Below are positions 49,708-52,322 of a stretch of 52,322 bases of DNA, in pieces. The notes below the pieces were generated by a model. The model was not told the DNA's origin, searched no databases, and saw only the letters and a list, made by a program, of their open reading frames with translations. Made by a program: the position numbers and the translations under genes. This stretch comes from a bacterium (GTDB lineage: Bacteria > Patescibacteriota > Minisyncoccia > UBA6257 > UBA9933). Position 1 is the first letter of the stretch. Every line of letters begins with the position of its first letter. The stretch lies in the NCBI GenBank assembly GCA_021786355.1, contig JAJYNK010000011.1, positions 1 through 52,322 of the forward strand, written 5' to 3'.

Positions 49708-50298
49708 ATGCACCTGTCCATAACGGAAATTACAAATTTATTAATCCAGTACAGATATTTTATCCTGTTTCCGATTGTGGTTTTTGAAGGCCCGATAATA
49801 ACCGTGGTGGCTGGGTTTTTAACTTCGCTGGGTTATTTTAACTTTTTTATAGTTTACGCGGTTGCGGTAGCGGGAGATTTAGCGGGAGACGTTCTTCATT
49901 ACGCTATCGGTTATTGGGGTGGGGAAAAGTTTATAAGAAAATACGGACACTATTTCTTTATGGACGAGAAGAGAATTATTAAATTGGAAAAAAGTTTTGA
50001 GCGTAACGGAAATAAGATGCTTTTTATTGGTAAAATAGCTCATGGCGCGGGAGGCGCGTTTCTTATCGCTGCCGGGTTGGTCAAAATGCCTTTTCGTGAA
50101 TTTATGCGCGCGAATTTGTTGGCGACCGTTTTAAAATCTCTTATTTTGCTTTTATTGGGCTTCTATTACGGCGCATTTTTATCAAAGATAAATTCATATT
50201 TTGATTTTATCGCCGCAATTTTTATCGGAGCGGTTATTATCGTTGCCGTTATTTACTTTTTTTATTATCCCAAAAAAAATGAAGGAAAAACTGATTGA
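49708..50298 (+). CDS. DedA-family membrane protein
   Basis: Typical DedA core (FPIVVFEGPIITVVAGFL…GKIAHGAGGAFLIAAG). Confidence 0.82.
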   Translation: MHLSITEITNLLIQYRYFILFPIVVFEGPIITVVAGFLTSLGYFNFFIVYAVAVAGDLAGDVLHYAIGYWGGEKFIRKYGHYFFMDEKRIIKLEKSFERNGNKMLFIGKIAHGAGGAFLIAAGLVKMPFREFMRANLLATVLKSLILLLLGFYYGAFLSKINSYFDFIAAIFIGAVIIVAVIYFFYYPKKNEGKTD

Positions 50299-51118
50299 AA
50301 CAAACAACGGAAAGATTTTTTATTATACAGATATATTATCTTCTCAAGATCCGACAGTGGTTTTTTTACACGGTCTTTCTTCCAATCATACGACCTGGCT
50401 TAATGCGGCAGAAATTCTTCGCAAAAATAATACCAACAGCATAGCGCCGGATTTGCGCGGTCACGGGCTGTCTGACAAAACCAAAAAAAGAACGCTTTAT
50501 TCGTTTAGTGTCTTTTCCGATGACATAAAAAAAATTATCGACAACGAAGGATTGTCAAAAATTATTCTCGTCGGTTATTCGTACGGCGGTTCAATTGCCA
50601 TTGATTTTGCTATTAGATATCCGGAAGTTATGGATGGTTTAATATTGATTAGCGCGAATCACGTTAGTCCGTTTAAATATCGGGGGATTAATTTTCTTTC
50701 CCCGCTTGCTTATTATTTTCTTAACGCGTTAGCTTTTATTTTTTTGTGGCAAAAAAGAAAAAATTATTATTATTACAGGCAGGGGCAGTCAAAAGGATAT
50801 TGGCATTCTGTGTGGGTCGGTTTGAATACGATGCCGCTCGCTGTTAATTTTTGGATGTTAAGCCGCATGTTGTTGATAAATTTTAAAAATATAATTAGTT
50901 TAATTAAAGCGCCAACCTTAATAATAAGGGCGGAAGGGGACCCGTTTTTAACAGAAGCTGAGACGAAGGATATTGCAAAAGCTATAAAAAACGCAAAAAT
51001 AATCATTCCCGAACACGGTAGCCATTTTTTGGCTTCGCGCTCGCAAAACGAAATAGCCGAAATCATTGTTGGTTTTGTAAAAGGCCGGTTTGTGGCGGGG
51101 GAAATAGACCGGAAATAA
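50279..51118 (+). CDS. alpha/beta-fold hydrolase
   Basis: HGLSSNHTTW (oxyanion region), the nucleophile elbow GYSYGG, and a C-terminal GDPF…HGSHF. The ATG at 50279 is preferred and overlaps the DedA 3' end. Confidence 0.8.
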   Translation: MKEKLIETNNGKIFYYTDILSSQDPTVVFLHGLSSNHTTWLNAAEILRKNNTNSIAPDLRGHGLSDKTKKRTLYSFSVFSDDIKKIIDNEGLSKIILVGYSYGGSIAIDFAIRYPEVMDGLILISANHVSPFKYRGINFLSPLAYYFLNALAFIFLWQKRKNYYYYRQGQSKGYWHSVWVGLNTMPLAVNFWMLSRMLLINFKNIISLIKAPTLIIRAEGDPFLTEAETKDIAKAIKNAKIIIPEHGSHFLASRSQNEIAEIIVGFVKGRFVAGEIDRK

Positions 51119-51163
51119 ATTCCGCGCCAATTTAATCTAGCCGGATGCAATATAATAATCAGT

Positions 51164-52322
51164 ATGAAAATTGCGATTTTTAGCGACAGCTTTTTCCCTC
51201 AGGTAGACGGTGTGGCAAGTGTTGTTTTTAGATCGGCTCAAGGGCTGGGCGAATTAGGGCATGATGTTTATGTTTTTACCGCCTCAGCCGGTCGTTTAGT
51301 TAAGCAGGAAGAGAGCCGCAAAGAAAAAGCCCAAAAATTTACCTTAATCAGAATGCCTTCGGTTCCGGCGCTAATTTATCCCGGATATCGGTTTGCGTTG
51401 CCGATAGGTTTTGCGGTAAATAAATTAAGAAAGATTAAGCCCGATATTATTCATACCCACACTCCATTTTCGGTTGGTTGGGAAGCCGTGTGGCCGGCTA
51501 AAATTTTCGGCATCCCGATAGTGGGCACTCACCATACTTTTTATAATCATTATTTAAAACACGCCAAAATAGATTATGCCTGGGCGAAAAAAATTTCCTG
51601 GAAATACACGGTTGGATATTACAATCGCTGCAATCTTGTTTTGAGTCCGAGTAAGTCCTTGGCGGATGAATTAAAATTTCAAGGATTGAAAAAACTAGTA
51701 AAGGCATTCCCCAATCCCGTTGATACGGAATTTTTCCATCCGGTTGCAAGTCGAACAAAAAAAGAAGAGTTAAAAAAATTACTGGGCATTAAGGGAGCAT
51801 CTTTGGTTTATATGGGACGTGTCAGCTATGAAAAAAGCATAGATCAGGTTATTAAAGCCGCCGCGTTGGCTATGAAGAAAATTCCTAATTTACAGTTTGC
51901 AATAGTCGGGGACGGGCCGGAGCGGAAAAAACTTGAGAAATTAGTTAAGGATTTAGAAATAGAAAAAAACGTTCTATTTTTGGGGATCAAACACGAAAAA
52001 GATTTAGTTGAAGCGCTTCAGGCAAACGATGTATTTTTAACCGCAAGCAAGACAGAAAATATGCCGGTGTCAATTTTGGAAGCGATGGCAACTGGACTTC
52101 CGGTGATAGGTGTTGACGCTTTGGGAATTCCCGAAATAGTTTTGAACAACGTTAACGGATTCATAGTTTCTCCGGATAAAATTGAATCGATGGCCGGGAA
52201 AATATTACAACTCATTGAAGACGTCAAATTAAGAGAAAGATTTTCAAAAAAATCTAGGGAATTGTCGCTTGATTATTCGCAAGGGGAAATTGCGAAAAAA
52301 TTAGAGAACGAATATAATCAGT
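51164..52322 (+). CDS. GT4-family glycosyltransferase (3' end beyond window)
   Basis: My own translation from the ATG at 51164 gives MKIAIFSDSFFPQVDGVASVV…GRVSYEKSID…ENMPVSILEAMATGLPVIG…NGFIV. This is the EX7E-type GT4 signature. The frame is open to the window end, and the ORF is not in the supplied track because it is unterminated. Confidence 0.85.
   Translation, partial: MKIAIFSDSFFPQVDGVASVVFRSAQGLGELGHDVYVFTASAGRLVKQEESRKEKAQKFTLIRMPSVPALIYPGYRFALPIGFAVNKLRKIKPDIIHTHTPFSVGWEAVWPAKIFGIPIVGTHHTFYNHYLKHAKIDYAWAKKISWKYTVGYYNRCNLVLSPSKSLADELKFQGLKKLVKAFPNPVDTEFFHPVASRTKKEELKKLLGIKGASLVYMGRVSYEKSIDQVIKAAALAMKKIPNLQFAIVGDGPERKKLEKLVKDLEIEKNVLFLGIKHEKDLVEALQANDVFLTASKTENMPVSILEAMATGLPVIGVDALGIPEIVLNNVNGFIVSPDKIESMAGKILQLIEDVKLRERFSKKSRELSLDYSQGEIAKKLENEYNQ

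Noticed and set aside
1-52322. Alternative genetic code (UGA as Gly, as in some CPR lineages), and hidden tRNA or rRNA genes.
   Set aside because: Conserved genes terminate at TGA where expected (for example recA), and no in-frame TGA interrupts conserved ORFs. I saw no tRNA-like T-arm (GGTTCGAATCC-type) or rRNA-like sequence by eye. A tRNAscan/Infernal run is still needed to be sure.

Overview
Visibly AT-rich fragment using the standard genetic code (TAA, TAG and TGA all terminate conserved genes). Gene content and style fit a small-genome, CPR/Parcubacteria-like bacterium. About 54 CDS are supportable. No rRNA, tRNA or CRISPR array was seen by eye. Housekeeping genes: secG, ftsK, recA, ybeY, ftsA, ftsZ, class II RNR, DsbA-like/VKOR, secD, secF, efp, mnmA, gatC, gatA, tatD and metG. 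There is an Fe-S assembly block (nifS, nifU, nfu, ferredoxin). There is also a fermentative redox block: 2-oxoacid:ferredoxin oxidoreductase, ADP-forming acetyl-CoA synthetase, a two-subunit [NiFe] hydrogenase and its maturation protease. The unusual content is mostly non-canonical. (1) Three paralogous ~190-aa winged-helix + Cas2/PaaX-like genes are each bracketed on both sides by 32-44 bp palindromes. The palindromes share the core ACGATCGT but have locus-specific arms, and each cassette sits inside an otherwise coherent gene neighbourhood (recA|endoQ-like, nifU|nfu, hydrogenase maturation genes). This is my best candidate for an undescribed system. (2) GC-rich nested-hairpin elements occur in intergenic DNA and, in frame, inside at least five housekeeping CDS (VKOR, mnmA, tatD, ADP-ACS, OFOR alpha). 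One of them is flanked by a 9-bp direct repeat. (3) A hairpin family has arms that supply the last codons plus stop of two genes and the start codon of secD. (4) An AT-rich repeat occupies the spacer of three functionally linked gene pairs. (5) Heptamer/tetramer micro-arrays lie at gene junctions. (6) A GIY-YIG gene is bracketed by inverted repeats. (7) Promoter -10 boxes recur 6-8 nt upstream of ATG, which suggests leaderless mRNAs. All calls come from reading the sequence and ORF translations. No searches or folding programs were run.
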